Part shown: piece after piece, positions 50,367-59,522 of the stretch
How the letters are laid out: every line of letters begins with the position of its first letter
Numbering within the stretch: the first letter of the stretch is position 1
Source: Acidobacteriota bacterium
Lineage (GTDB): Bacteria > Acidobacteriota > UBA6911
DNA: 64,000 nt
Reading direction: 5' to 3'
Assembly (NCBI GenBank): GCA_963664705.1
Contig: OY761556.1
Span: forward strand, 2,624,001-2,688,000
Notes under the pieces: model-generated
Database searches by the model: none
What the model saw: the letters and a program-made list of their open reading frames with translations, nothing else
What the model was told of the DNA's origin: nothing
Made by a program: the position numbers and the translations under genes

Positions 50367-52061
50367 TTAGGCCAACAGGATCTTGCGCACTTCACCTTCC
50401 GGATCGTCGACCATCCTACAGTTATTATCAAACACCATTGTCTGACACCGTGTCGGATCGAACGGTTCCCACGTCATCCCGGGCTGGCTGGGATTTCCGG
50501 TCCGGGCAAAATTCGCCCAGGCGGTGGACATCTTTTTTGCCAATGCCTGCGCTTCCGGACCGTTTCCGGTTCCCTGCTTGCACCGTTTTGTGTTATCAAA
50601 GCAAAAAGCCAATTCCGCCGTATGCCACGCGCCCGCATCTTCCAGCATTGGCGATTGCCATGAGAAATACCATAAAAATACTGGGGCACCCTTCAGCTGG
50701 TGTTTCATGGTAGCCATGCGAATGGCGTTGTTGCATATATTGAAAGTGTTCAAACCGCCGCCATTGCACATATACGACAGCTTACGAACGCTTTTATCCG
50801 GATGTACCTTTTTCATCGCCGCGACCAGTGCCGTAGCTTTGGCCTCGCCATAGCTCTTCGTCAGTGTGGCCATCCACTCAGCCTCCGTGGGCCGGGAGAG
50901 CATTGAATTCCCCTCCTCGCTCACCGAACCGATAAGCATAGGAATGTTCTTTGAGATTTCGGGGGCCGCATCGAAAAAGGACTTCATAGTAATGACGCGG
51001 CCATCCGCCGTTGGTCCCCATCCCACGCGCGGCTTTCCCGTTCCAGGCGGAGGAATCGGCCCGTAAACGCCCATTGGCGGGTTCATTTTGGCAGCGACAG
51101 CTTCGCCCAGCGCATTCAATTTAGCCCAATCCATTTTTTGGAGCGTGGCCATGTCGCGAACGCCTAATTCCGCGAAAACCCGTTTTGCATACTCGCTGGA
51201 TTGCTCAGCACTGGGAGCATCCCCGCCCCCACCGGACTGTGCGGATGCGCGATGAATCAAGCCTGCGGCCGAAGGCATGCCCAGAAGTGTCGTCACCTTG
51301 GAACCTCCGCCCGACTGGCCATAAATCATAATACAATCCGGATCGCCGCCGAAATTGGCGATGTTGTCCCGAACCCAGCGAAGCGCTGCCACAAGATCGA
51401 TCATCCCAACGTTCGACGATTCGGCATATGCCGTCCCGCCGATCGAGGACACATCTAGAAATCCGAGGATATTGAGGCGGTGATTGACCGTGACGGATAC
51501 GACGTCATGATGTCGGGCCATCTGCGCCCCGTCCTGGGAGGCAAGTTCGTACGCCGAGCCGAAAGAAAAACCGCCCCCATGGATATAGAACATCACCGGG
51601 CGCTTTCCCGTCAAACCGGGCGTCCAAATATTGACCTTCAGCATGTCCTCACTTTGCCAGCCATCCGTCCACTGCTGCAGAAACGTTTGCTCGCTGGACC
51701 AGTTATGCGGGTGCTGTGGACAATTAGGGCCATAGGTCAAAGCAGGGTATTCGCCATCCCACGGCGTCGGCGGTTTGGCCGGAAGCCACCTGTTTTCGCC
51801 TCCGGTATTTGCGCCATAGGGGACTCCCTTGAATGTCAGAATGCCATCCTCCACGTAGCCTCGCACCTTCCCGCATTGCGTATTTGCCACAGCGCTTCGC
51901 GGTGTGCTGCAGCTTGCCGCCGCCTGCGGCACCGCCGTATTTGCTCCGTTGCCTGAACCGCACGCAGCTGCAGCAAGCGCCGCTGCGCCCGCGGAAGCCG
52001 ATAGGATCAGGGCCTGTCGCCGGTTGAGTTTATTGCTGTCATTCGCATTCGATCTAGGCAT
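50367..52061 (-). CDS. Tat-exported (probable lipoprotein) type-B carboxylesterase
   Basis: NRRQAL...AAAC signal; FKGVPY, SEDML.VNIWTP, HGGGF, NHRLN, IYGQSGGG and WHTAEL. Confidence 0.9.
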   Translation of the reverse strand: MPRSNANDSNKLNRRQALILSASAGAAALAAAACGSGNGANTAVPQAAASCSTPRSAVANTQCGKVRGYVEDGILTFKGVPYGANTGGENRWLPAKPPTPWDGEYPALTYGPNCPQHPHNWSSEQTFLQQWTDGWQSEDMLKVNIWTPGLTGKRPVMFYIHGGGFSFGSAYELASQDGAQMARHHDVVSVTVNHRLNILGFLDVSSIGGTAYAESSNVGMIDLVAALRWVRDNIANFGGDPDCIMIYGQSGGGSKVTTLLGMPSAAGLIHRASAQSGGGGDAPSAEQSSEYAKRVFAELGVRDMATLQKMDWAKLNALGEAVAAKMNPPMGVYGPIPPPGTGKPRVGWGPTADGRVITMKSFFDAAPEISKNIPMLIGSVSEEGNSMLSRPTEAEWMATLTKSYGEAKATALVAAMKKVHPDKSVRKLSYMCNGGGLNTFNICNNAIRMATMKHQLKGAPVFLWYFSWQSPMLEDAGAWHTAELAFCFDNTKRCKQGTGNGPEAQALAKKMSTAWANFARTGNPSQPGMTWEPFDPTRCQTMVFDNNCRMVDDPEGEVRKILLA

Positions 52062-52225
52062 TTTGCCTCCCCTTGGAGCATCGCGGCACTAGCAGCAAAC
52101 AAGCCTTCCCCGCGGCTCAGTGCCTGTATTGATTGCTGGTTCGTTTTTTGGATATCAATGTCGTTGTTTGTAACCTGGCCAAGCCCGCATTATACATTGG
52201 ACCGGAAAAATACGTCCCTTGTTTG

Positions 52226-52243
52226 TGTCACATATTTGGGACA
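52226..52243. promoter_or_regulatory. Operator TGTCACA-N4-TGKGACA (copy 5)
   Basis: TGTCACATATTTGGGACA upstream of the Tat carboxylesterase. Confidence 0.6.
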
Positions 52244-52376
52244 TCTTGATGCGGTTCTATCAGATGGATGTCAATCACAGAGCATTATGGCCGCAAAGCC
52301 TCCAGGATGTTTTGAATCCCGGAGGCTTTGGGATCTTGAGGTACTTGACCGGAGCAACCTCAAAAGCGATAGATTA

Positions 52377-53027
52377 TCAGTCGATCTTTTCGTGCCCAAG
52401 CATCTGCATGTAGCCGGTCTGGTAATACCCATTGAAATATGGCGACAGGAGTAGCGGCATGAATAGCAGCGGCTTCCCTACTCGCTTGATGTCCATCGGA
52501 TTGTGCTCAAATCCTCTTGGTATATAAAGGATACAGGGCTTGGTGATAATGTGCCTTTCATATTCCGGTCCGAGGAATATTTCAATTTCCGCATCGAAGT
52601 TCGCCGTCAAATCCGGCAGTTGGGCACCGAGGAAGAAAAGGTATTCATCCACATCGTGGTGATGGGACTGCAGCTCCATCTTGTATGGCTTGACATAATA
52701 GCGAAACCCAAAATTAATACCGGCACCGGGAAGGTCGCTGTTACCCCGAAAACTGATTGTCGGACTCAGAATTGTGTCGGTCAGCGGTTTCTCTTTAATT
52801 CTGTGACAAAACAGGTGGTCGTATTTGCTGCCCTCAGTCCCTTTGGGCCAAGGGGGAAGGTTTTTGGGCATTCGCAAATTCTCCAAGGGCTCCTTCTTCT
52901 CCTGGGCCATTGCCCCGGCCGGAGCGCCGACCTGGGCCATTGCCAATGCTGCAAGGGCGGTGGTTGCTGTTACATCGCTGAAAAATGCTCTGCGCGTTTT
53001 ATCGTTATTGTTAGTCCCTGAACTCAT
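52377..53027 (-). CDS. Tat-exported cupin-like hypothetical protein
   Basis: TRRAFF Tat motif; HHHDVDEYLFF and YIP.G.EHNP cupin metal motifs; ATG at 53027 with RBS AAGGAG. Confidence 0.65.
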   Translation of the reverse strand: MSSGTNNNDKTRRAFFSDVTATTALAALAMAQVGAPAGAMAQEKKEPLENLRMPKNLPPWPKGTEGSKYDHLFCHRIKEKPLTDTILSPTISFRGNSDLPGAGINFGFRYYVKPYKMELQSHHHDVDEYLFFLGAQLPDLTANFDAEIEIFLGPEYERHIITKPCILYIPRGFEHNPMDIKRVGKPLLFMPLLLSPYFNGYYQTGYMQMLGHEKID

Positions 53028-53055
53028 TGAACTTCTCCTTAGCATGTCTTCGAGC

Positions 53056-53103
53056 CTTTGAGCCTTTGAGAAAGAGGAGGGTGCAAAACTCAAAGGCTCA
53101 AAG
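53056..53103. repeat. CTTTGAGCCTTTGAG...CTCAAAGGCTCAAAG inverted octamer repeat (copy 1)
   Basis: Perfect 15-bp arms directly downstream of TonB receptor 2; a related copy is at 59445..59509. Confidence 0.7.
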
Positions 53104-53115
53104 TCTCCGTAACAA

Positions 53116-56100
53116 CTAAAAACTATATTTCAGCCCGAACTGGATAATGCGCGGGTTAACCGTGGTTGCCGTAATGGTTCCAAAAGAAGCCGCGCTGTTT
53201 CTCTGAACCGCAGGATTTGCAAATTGCGCATGGTTGAAGGTATTGTAAAATTCGGTTCGGAACTGCAGCGTATGCCCTTCCCTGATTTTTGTTATCTTGT
53301 TCAGCGTGATGTCCCAGTTAAATTGGCCTGGTCCCCGCAAAATACCAACGCCGGAATTTCCAAAGCCGGTTCCATTGCCGTAGATACCTCCCGTAGGTGC
53401 TGCACAGAAAGCGCTCTTGTTGATATATCCGGTGCCGCCGCTGTTCCCGCCCAACCGATCCTGGATCGACCCTGATGTCTTAATGGACTCATGCGTCGCA
53501 TCGGCGCACATTTGAGCTCTGGCGGCAGTAACGCCATAGATCGTACCGGCAGCACTGTCGCTAATCGACACCGCTGTACCGCTTTGAATGGTGGTAATCC
53601 CCGCCACGCTCCAGCCCATAAGAAGCTTGCCCGACAGTCCCTGGTGCGCACCCAACGGAAGCTCATACTGGTAATTAAGGATGAAGCGCTGTGGACGGTC
53701 AAAATCCGTTACACCGTATTGCTGCTTAGGGTCTGCGGGATCGTTGCTGTTTTGCGCATAATACGATCCAGTGCCGACCTCGTCACTCAGGCTTTTGCTC
53801 CATGTATAGGATCCCTGAAATGAAAATCCGTAGGAAAAGCGTTTGCGCAGAGTGACCTGAAGGCTGTTGTAATTGGAATGCGCATTGAACTCTGTTCCTT
53901 TCAGTCCTTCGGTCTGATAACCGATAAAAGGAACCCTCAGGCCTCGATTCGCCAACGTATTCGCCGTTTGGCCGTTGATCGGGTTTGTCGCGGTGGCCAG
54001 GCGGGCTGCATTGATGTTGTGATATTCGTTGATCAAATGAGTCCCGGTTGATCCGACATAGCCTGCCTCCAACACCCAATTTCGGGCAAACTCATACCCA
54101 AGCATGAGTGTGTACTGGCGCATCAAGGGTGTGGCGACCTTTGTAGCCAGAAATTGAGCGGAAATATTGGAGGTAGTGCCGGTACAGTTGGTTCCATCCG
54201 GCAGGCATGTCAAATTGCTCCATCGGGATTGCCAGATTCCCGGAGATACATCGCGGAAAGGAGTCTGCAGCGTTTGGGTATTCCCCGAGCTGTAGTCTCC
54301 TCTGATCGCGTACGGTGATCCCTCCTGAACGCTCTGAATGAAGCTGCCGGCCCAGACTCGGTCGTAAAACAAACCAAATCCGCCGCGCAGAACCAGATTC
54401 CCTTTGGATGTCATCTGCCATGCGAATCCAATACGGGGACCAAAGTTGGTGTACGGAGGATGACCATCAATTGAGTGGCTGTTGCTCGCCCTCCGGACGC
54501 CATCGGGCAAAGGTTCATTGTCTTTGGAATTATTATCAGGAACAACCATCCCGACCAACCCTGGTCCAGATGTGGTCGGCCCGGTGGGCGGTATCGGCAC
54601 AGTTGCGATCAGGTCAGGCCAGGTATTTGTCAAATTGCCATACCTGTCACTGAAAACTCCCATATATTCCCACCGCAGCCCGAGGTTCAGAGTAAGCCTC
54701 TGGCTGAACTTCCAGTCATCCTGAATATAGCTGCCTATATTGTTCATTCGATAGCCATGAACAATGGTCCCCTTCGGGCCTCTTCCCTCTGAGCAGGCCG
54801 TACATGCAAACAGGTTTCCGGCCCTTCCCACAAGGAAATCATTGAAGCTGAGAACCGAAATATATCCGCGGGTAAATCCCGGGTTGGCAAAGTAATGAAC
54901 TCTTTCCCATTCAAATCCTGCACGCAGGGTGTGCTTGTTTCTGGACCATGCGATCTGGTCCGCTGCTTGAAAATGCTCCGATATGCTGAGCGCGGGGCTG
55001 AAGCTGTTAAACAACTGTGGCCCGCCGGTAATTGCAAATTGCGGCGGATCCGTCATATCGGCGACGGCCGGCGTCATCCCCAGTGCCTGCATGGTGGCGC
55101 CGGGAATAGTGTCTTCTAAAGCCTCACCATGGTTTCGCTGATACGATGCCCGGGCTTCGTTTGTGAAGGCATTGCTGACATACGTATTGAGCTTCATCAC
55201 TGCGTAGTTGTTTGTATAGTAATACTCCTTGAGCTGCCCCGGCAGTTTCCCGCCAAGCGTAATCTTCTGGGGATCACGAGTATAAAAATATCTCGTTTGC
55301 AGCGTGTACTTCGGATTGATAATGAAGTCGGCGTTGACGAGTACCTGGTCCCCCGAATAGCGCGACGGATCGCTGAATGCAATCGTCCTGTAACCGGCAG
55401 TACCGGACCCCGGAACATAATAGTTACCATTGGCAAGCTTTAGCTGCAGTATTTTGAGCGCCACCGGATTAACATTGGATCCGTCGCAGGCCAGCTTCGT
55501 CGGCCCGCTGGTCTGGAATGAACAGTTTGCAGCCGCCAGTGCCGCCGGAAATCCTGAGGCAGTACGATCTCCATCCGGAATCGGAGGCAGGTTAAAGCTA
55601 GCCAGCCCCTGGCTCGAAAGACCGTTTTTTTGTCTCGAACCCTGATAGCTTCCGAACAGGAAGAAGTGGTCCTTTACAACCGGGCCACCTAGAACAAAGC
55701 CAAACTGGTTCTGATTCAAAATCGGTTTCTTCGTTGCGGAGTTCGGATTATCCCGATTGTAAAAGAATGGATTGGCATTGAGCGATGTGTTACGTAGAAA
55801 TTCAAAAGCCGCACCATGGAGCCTGTTGCCTCCCGACTTTGTTACAACATTAACGTTTCCGCCCGGGTTCCGACCATAGCTTGCATCAAATGTCGAAGTC
55901 TGAACCTTAAATTCCTGGATGGCGTCCGGGCTGGGAACCCCTATCCCCGCTCCAGTGCTCTGATCGCCGGCGCTCCCATTCATACCGATGTTGACAACAC
56001 CTACCCCATCCATCTGATAGTTATTCTGCGCTGGAGTCGATCCATTAACGCTCGTGTACTGAGTCCCCTTTCCCATCACGGTCGCGTTGTTGACGCTGGC

Positions 56101-56616
56101 GGCAACACCGGTAGAGAGATCCAGAATTTGCGTGTAATTGCGACTTGTTAACGGTAAATCCGTGATGGTTTTGCTATCAACAAGGGTTCCCATTGTTGAG
56201 TTTGCCGTCTGAAGTATTTCGCTCTCAGACTGAACAACGAAGGTTTCGTTTGGCGCGCCAACCTCGAGCGTGCAGCTCAGAACAGTAATCTCGGTAACAT
56301 TAATTGTAATGGAGGGAAACTCGGAACTCTTGAACCCAGCCATGTCGATCTTGACCTTATACTTGCCAGGCTGCAAAAGGGAGAATCGAAAGCCACCACT
56401 CTCGCTTGTAGTTGCCGATTGGGACTTTCCAGTTGCCAGATTTGTGATACTCACCTGGGCCTTTACCACAACTGCCTTGGATGGATCGGTAACGGTCCCC
56501 GATAATGCCCCCGTGCTTGCTGTTTGTGCGTTTACGGACGGAGCGACTGCCACTGCAATCAGTAACATTGCAAGAGGAAAAACTAAAAACACTTGCAGTA
56601 CCCTACATTTGTTCAT
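53116..56616 (-). CDS. TonB-dependent receptor with carboxypeptidase-regulatory-like domain (receptor 2)
   Basis: GALSGTVTDPS.AVV, DAIQEFKVQTS, VVTKSG.N, YIQDDWK...LTLNLGLRWEY and PRIIQFGLKYSF. Confidence 0.93.
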   Translation of the reverse strand: MNKCRVLQVFLVFPLAMLLIAVAVAPSVNAQTASTGALSGTVTDPSKAVVVKAQVSITNLATGKSQSATTSESGGFRFSLLQPGKYKVKIDMAGFKSSEFPSITINVTEITVLSCTLEVGAPNETFVVQSESEILQTANSTMGTLVDSKTITDLPLTSRNYTQILDLSTGVAASVNNATVMGKGTQYTSVNGSTPAQNNYQMDGVGVVNIGMNGSAGDQSTGAGIGVPSPDAIQEFKVQTSTFDASYGRNPGGNVNVVTKSGGNRLHGAAFEFLRNTSLNANPFFYNRDNPNSATKKPILNQNQFGFVLGGPVVKDHFFLFGSYQGSRQKNGLSSQGLASFNLPPIPDGDRTASGFPAALAAANCSFQTSGPTKLACDGSNVNPVALKILQLKLANGNYYVPGSGTAGYRTIAFSDPSRYSGDQVLVNADFIINPKYTLQTRYFYTRDPQKITLGGKLPGQLKEYYYTNNYAVMKLNTYVSNAFTNEARASYQRNHGEALEDTIPGATMQALGMTPAVADMTDPPQFAITGGPQLFNSFSPALSISEHFQAADQIAWSRNKHTLRAGFEWERVHYFANPGFTRGYISVLSFNDFLVGRAGNLFACTACSEGRGPKGTIVHGYRMNNIGSYIQDDWKFSQRLTLNLGLRWEYMGVFSDRYGNLTNTWPDLIATVPIPPTGPTTSGPGLVGMVVPDNNSKDNEPLPDGVRRASNSHSIDGHPPYTNFGPRIGFAWQMTSKGNLVLRGGFGLFYDRVWAGSFIQSVQEGSPYAIRGDYSSGNTQTLQTPFRDVSPGIWQSRWSNLTCLPDGTNCTGTTSNISAQFLATKVATPLMRQYTLMLGYEFARNWVLEAGYVGSTGTHLINEYHNINAARLATATNPINGQTANTLANRGLRVPFIGYQTEGLKGTEFNAHSNYNSLQVTLRKRFSYGFSFQGSYTWSKSLSDEVGTGSYYAQNSNDPADPKQQYGVTDFDRPQRFILNYQYELPLGAHQGLSGKLLMGWSVAGITTIQSGTAVSISDSAAGTIYGVTAARAQMCADATHESIKTSGSIQDRLGGNSGGTGYINKSAFCAAPTGGIYGNGTGFGNSGVGILRGPGQFNWDITLNKITKIREGHTLQFRTEFYNTFNHAQFANPAVQRNSAASFGTITATTVNPRIIQFGLKYSF

Positions 56617-56990
56617 AATTCTCCTTTTTGCTCAGCAGCAGAAAAATGCTGCAAACCCCTTGTCATGCCGGGATTGTCCATTTCACATAAACAATGGCCC
56701 CGTCATACCAGCTATTGCCAATGCTCCACGCCACTGATATCAATATTGCTCACTGGAATAGCTGTTATCGCAGATCTGTGATGCACTCCTCCTCTTTCGA
56801 ATACATTTCTCTGTTGGATCTCACATCAATTCGATGCAATAAAGAGAAGCCCATCGCTCTGAAGGCCGTGGACAATGCTGCCTGAAACGAGCACCGGATA
56901 TTCGGCGCTCGTTTCAGGAATACAGCCCTGTGCCGCTTAATGCTCGTGCTTGCTTGCCAGATTCCATGCGTATAGTTGATTAATAGCGTC

Positions 56991-57020
56991 ATATTAGGTT
57001 TACCCAAGATCGCAAGTCAA
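56991..57020 (-). promoter_or_regulatory. Sigma70-type promoter for TonB receptor 2
   Basis: Minus strand TTGACT-N18-TAATAT, 6 bp from the operator. Confidence 0.65.
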
Positions 57021-57026
57021 GTAATA

Positions 57027-57044
57027 TGTCACATATTTGTGACA
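57027..57044. promoter_or_regulatory. Operator TGTCACA-N4-TGTGACA (copy 6)
   Basis: TGTCACATATTTGTGACA between divergent TonB receptor 2 and gntR. Confidence 0.8.
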
Positions 57045-57266
57045 TATCGCCATTTCGAATTTGAACAGATTAGGGTTGGAATGCGGGATCGGATGACCGA
57101 TATTTCCAACCGTAATTGACTTTATGCACAAATATGTGCCAGCATTCATTTTTTGTGAGGCCGTCTGACAGGCTTTTCAGCCTGCATGCGGAGTCAGAGT
57201 GAATGTTATATGCGACTATTGTGTTCCGGTCAGATCACGCTCCTTATGATGCGATAAATAAATACT

Positions 57267-58214
57267 ATGGAATTTCAAATCCAAAAGAACAGTCCTGTCC
57301 CTGTAATCAAACAGATCCAGGAACAGATAAAGCTATCAATGGCGATGGGAGTTCTAAAGAGAGGCGATATTCTGCCCTCGATTCGCGAAGTCGAGAAACA
57401 GACGGGCGTGAACCGAGGACAGATTCATCGAGCCTACCTTGCTCTGCTTAAATCCGGGCTGCTTTCTCCAGCACCGGGAAAGCGGATTGCCGTTGCTGTA
57501 TCTGCCGCAGCTTCTGAAACCATCAATAACAAATGCCAAGAGTTGGCCAACGACATCATCAAACGGACCCGGAATATCGGAGTATCTCCGATGGCATTTG
57601 CAAGATATCTTAGCCGCAGTGTTCAGGAAAATGAACGCACGTCGCCGTTTATTGCATACGTGGATATGGATAAAACAGCCGCGGTCCGAAGGGCTGAGCA
57701 GGTATCCAAACTATGGCATGCTTCCATCGTGGCAATGACACTCGATGAGTTTAAGTTCGCGATCGCGCACGGGAGCAAACTCCGAAAAGTGCTCGTAAAC
57801 CATCTCGGTCTCGACAGCACTCGACGCATGCTGCGCGGAAAGAGAATTGATCTTATTCCAATCGAGATTTCCTACAACGAGCAAACGATCCGCGCATTGG
57901 AAAAAATAAAAGGCCCTTCGGTTCTCGTTCTCCTTCCGGATCATGCGCTTCGAAGCGCCAACTTCATAGTGGAACAGTTGCGCCGCTGGATTAAGAGCAA
58001 AGAAGCAACCATTTCCTGGTTAGCCGTGACTGATGTGAAAGACTTTAAAGAACTAAAAAATGATGCGAAGTATGAACGTATTCTGGTATCGCCAGGAGCA
58101 CGCAGCAAAGTACCCGTAGAATTGCACCGAAATTCCCGTTTTCTTCTGTTGGAGATGGATTTGGATCCGGAAGATCTGGAGATCGCCAGGATACGCGCGG
58201 GCGTTATTGTGTAG
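57267..58214 (+). CDS. GntR family regulator (YtrA-like wHTH with a long uncharacterised C-terminal domain)
   Basis: SPVPV.KQI.EQIK.....G.LK.GD.LPSIRE.....GVNR..IHRAY..L...GLL. Confidence 0.85.
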   Translation: MEFQIQKNSPVPVIKQIQEQIKLSMAMGVLKRGDILPSIREVEKQTGVNRGQIHRAYLALLKSGLLSPAPGKRIAVAVSAAASETINNKCQELANDIIKRTRNIGVSPMAFARYLSRSVQENERTSPFIAYVDMDKTAAVRRAEQVSKLWHASIVAMTLDEFKFAIAHGSKLRKVLVNHLGLDSTRRMLRGKRIDLIPIEISYNEQTIRALEKIKGPSVLVLLPDHALRSANFIVEQLRRWIKSKEATISWLAVTDVKDFKELKNDAKYERILVSPGARSKVPVELHRNSRFLLLEMDLDPEDLEIARIRAGVIV

Positions 58215-59439
58215 CCTTTTGGACTCTTATTGCTTTGATATCTGGCGTGGGACAACGCACCTCACAGGCTCCGCAACCATTGCATTTCAGTGAATTGACC
58301 ACTGGATAAGATTCATAGGCTTCCTTGTCCCAAGTGACTTTTATGGCATCAAACGGGCAGGCGTTCACACAAGCATTGCAGTCGGAGATACCAAATAGGC
58401 ACAAGGCCCTGTCCAATTGAGCAGTGCCAATGATGTACTTCTGTTTCTGTTCAAGGTTCAAAGGTTGTAGCGCTCCGCTGGGACACACCTTCGTACAGGC
58501 ATTGCATTCTTTAGCACAAAATTCTGTCTCGAATCGGACAACGGGTGACAGCAATCCCATAATTCCGGATTGTCTCGTGTCGGGATGGATAATCTTGGAT
58601 GGACACACGCGTACGCAATTGCCGCACCGCAGGCATTGCCCGGTAAAAAGGTGCTCCTTAATCGCGCCGGGCGGTCTCAATGGAGGCTTTGATCTTGCCT
58701 GACCACTTTTCTGCGCCAATAGGCTGAATCCCAGGCCCGCTGCAATAGAAATGAACTGCCTCCTTGCTCCGACGAATGCATTTGCAGGCCTATTTGCCTT
58801 TTGAGGTTCTGTTCCGTTTGGCTTCCTGAGATTCCTGCAAAAAGAGCCAACCTCATTCAGTAGATCCTGCGTTGCTCCCAAAGGACACACACGGGCGCAC
58901 CAGAGGTCGCCGGAAGTGAACGCCACCAATAATAGTATGACTATTCCGAACAGCGACAATAGGATCGAGAGGGCATGTTTCGAGGCAAAAGCAGAGAATC
59001 CGTTGCTAAACAATGCCAGCGGATCCATCCACAATAAAAGCGGATACCCGAAAATCGCGCCCGCAACTGTTATCAATGCGATGTAATTGCCGATTGAAGG
59101 GATGCCTTTCCACCAGATCTTAATCGGCAGTTTCTTGCTGGAAACACCATCGAGAAGCAAGCCGACCGGGCACACATAACGGCAGAACAGTCTCTTTTTA
59201 ATCAGTGCCATTGCTGCAAAAAGCAGGCCCACGACGGACTGCACCGGGAATGTCCGCCCTGCCAGGATTGAGCATATTGCGATAAACGAGCTTGTTTGAA
59301 CAAATACCCTGGAAACGCCAGCCCAGAAAGGAAACGGCATCAGCAAAAGCACTGAAATAAGAAAGCAGCCCCATCTTATGGACAGGCGCAGCGTGCGCCT
59401 CTTGTTCACCATCCCGCCATATCTCCTGCCTAATACCAT
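58204..59439 (-). CDS. Membrane polyferredoxin: NapH/MauN-like TM part fused to a NapG/MauM-like 4Fe-4S part
   Basis: FCRYVCPVG and WCARVCPLG in the TM region; PLRPPGA..E..F...CLRCGNCVRVCP and three more Cys clusters. Confidence 0.82.
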   Translation of the reverse strand: MVLGRRYGGMVNKRRTLRLSIRWGCFLISVLLLMPFPFWAGVSRVFVQTSSFIAICSILAGRTFPVQSVVGLLFAAMALIKKRLFCRYVCPVGLLLDGVSSKKLPIKIWWKGIPSIGNYIALITVAGAIFGYPLLLWMDPLALFSNGFSAFASKHALSILLSLFGIVILLLVAFTSGDLWCARVCPLGATQDLLNEVGSFCRNLRKPNGTEPQKANRPANAFVGARRQFISIAAGLGFSLLAQKSGQARSKPPLRPPGAIKEHLFTGQCLRCGNCVRVCPSKIIHPDTRQSGIMGLLSPVVRFETEFCAKECNACTKVCPSGALQPLNLEQKQKYIIGTAQLDRALCLFGISDCNACVNACPFDAIKVTWDKEAYESYPVVNSLKCNGCGACEVRCPTPDIKAIRVQKATQ

Positions 59440-59444
59440 TCATT

Positions 59445-59509
59445 CTTCGCTCCTTTGAGCCCTTGCGCCAACCAGGGCAGCTGGACCTCAAAGGCTCAAA
59501 GACGCGAAG
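59445..59509. repeat. CTTTGAGCC..CTCAAAGGCTCAAAG inverted repeat (copy 2)
   Basis: CTTCGC-TC-CTTTGAGCCCTTGCG...CTCAAAGGCTCAAAG-AC-GCGAAG. Confidence 0.6.
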
Positions 59510-59522
59510 TGAAAGGCTTCAT

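Noticed and set aside
57124-57141. Degenerate operator ATGCACA-AATA-TGTGCCA near the gntR promoter
   Set aside because: Too many mismatches to count without a position-weight-matrix score
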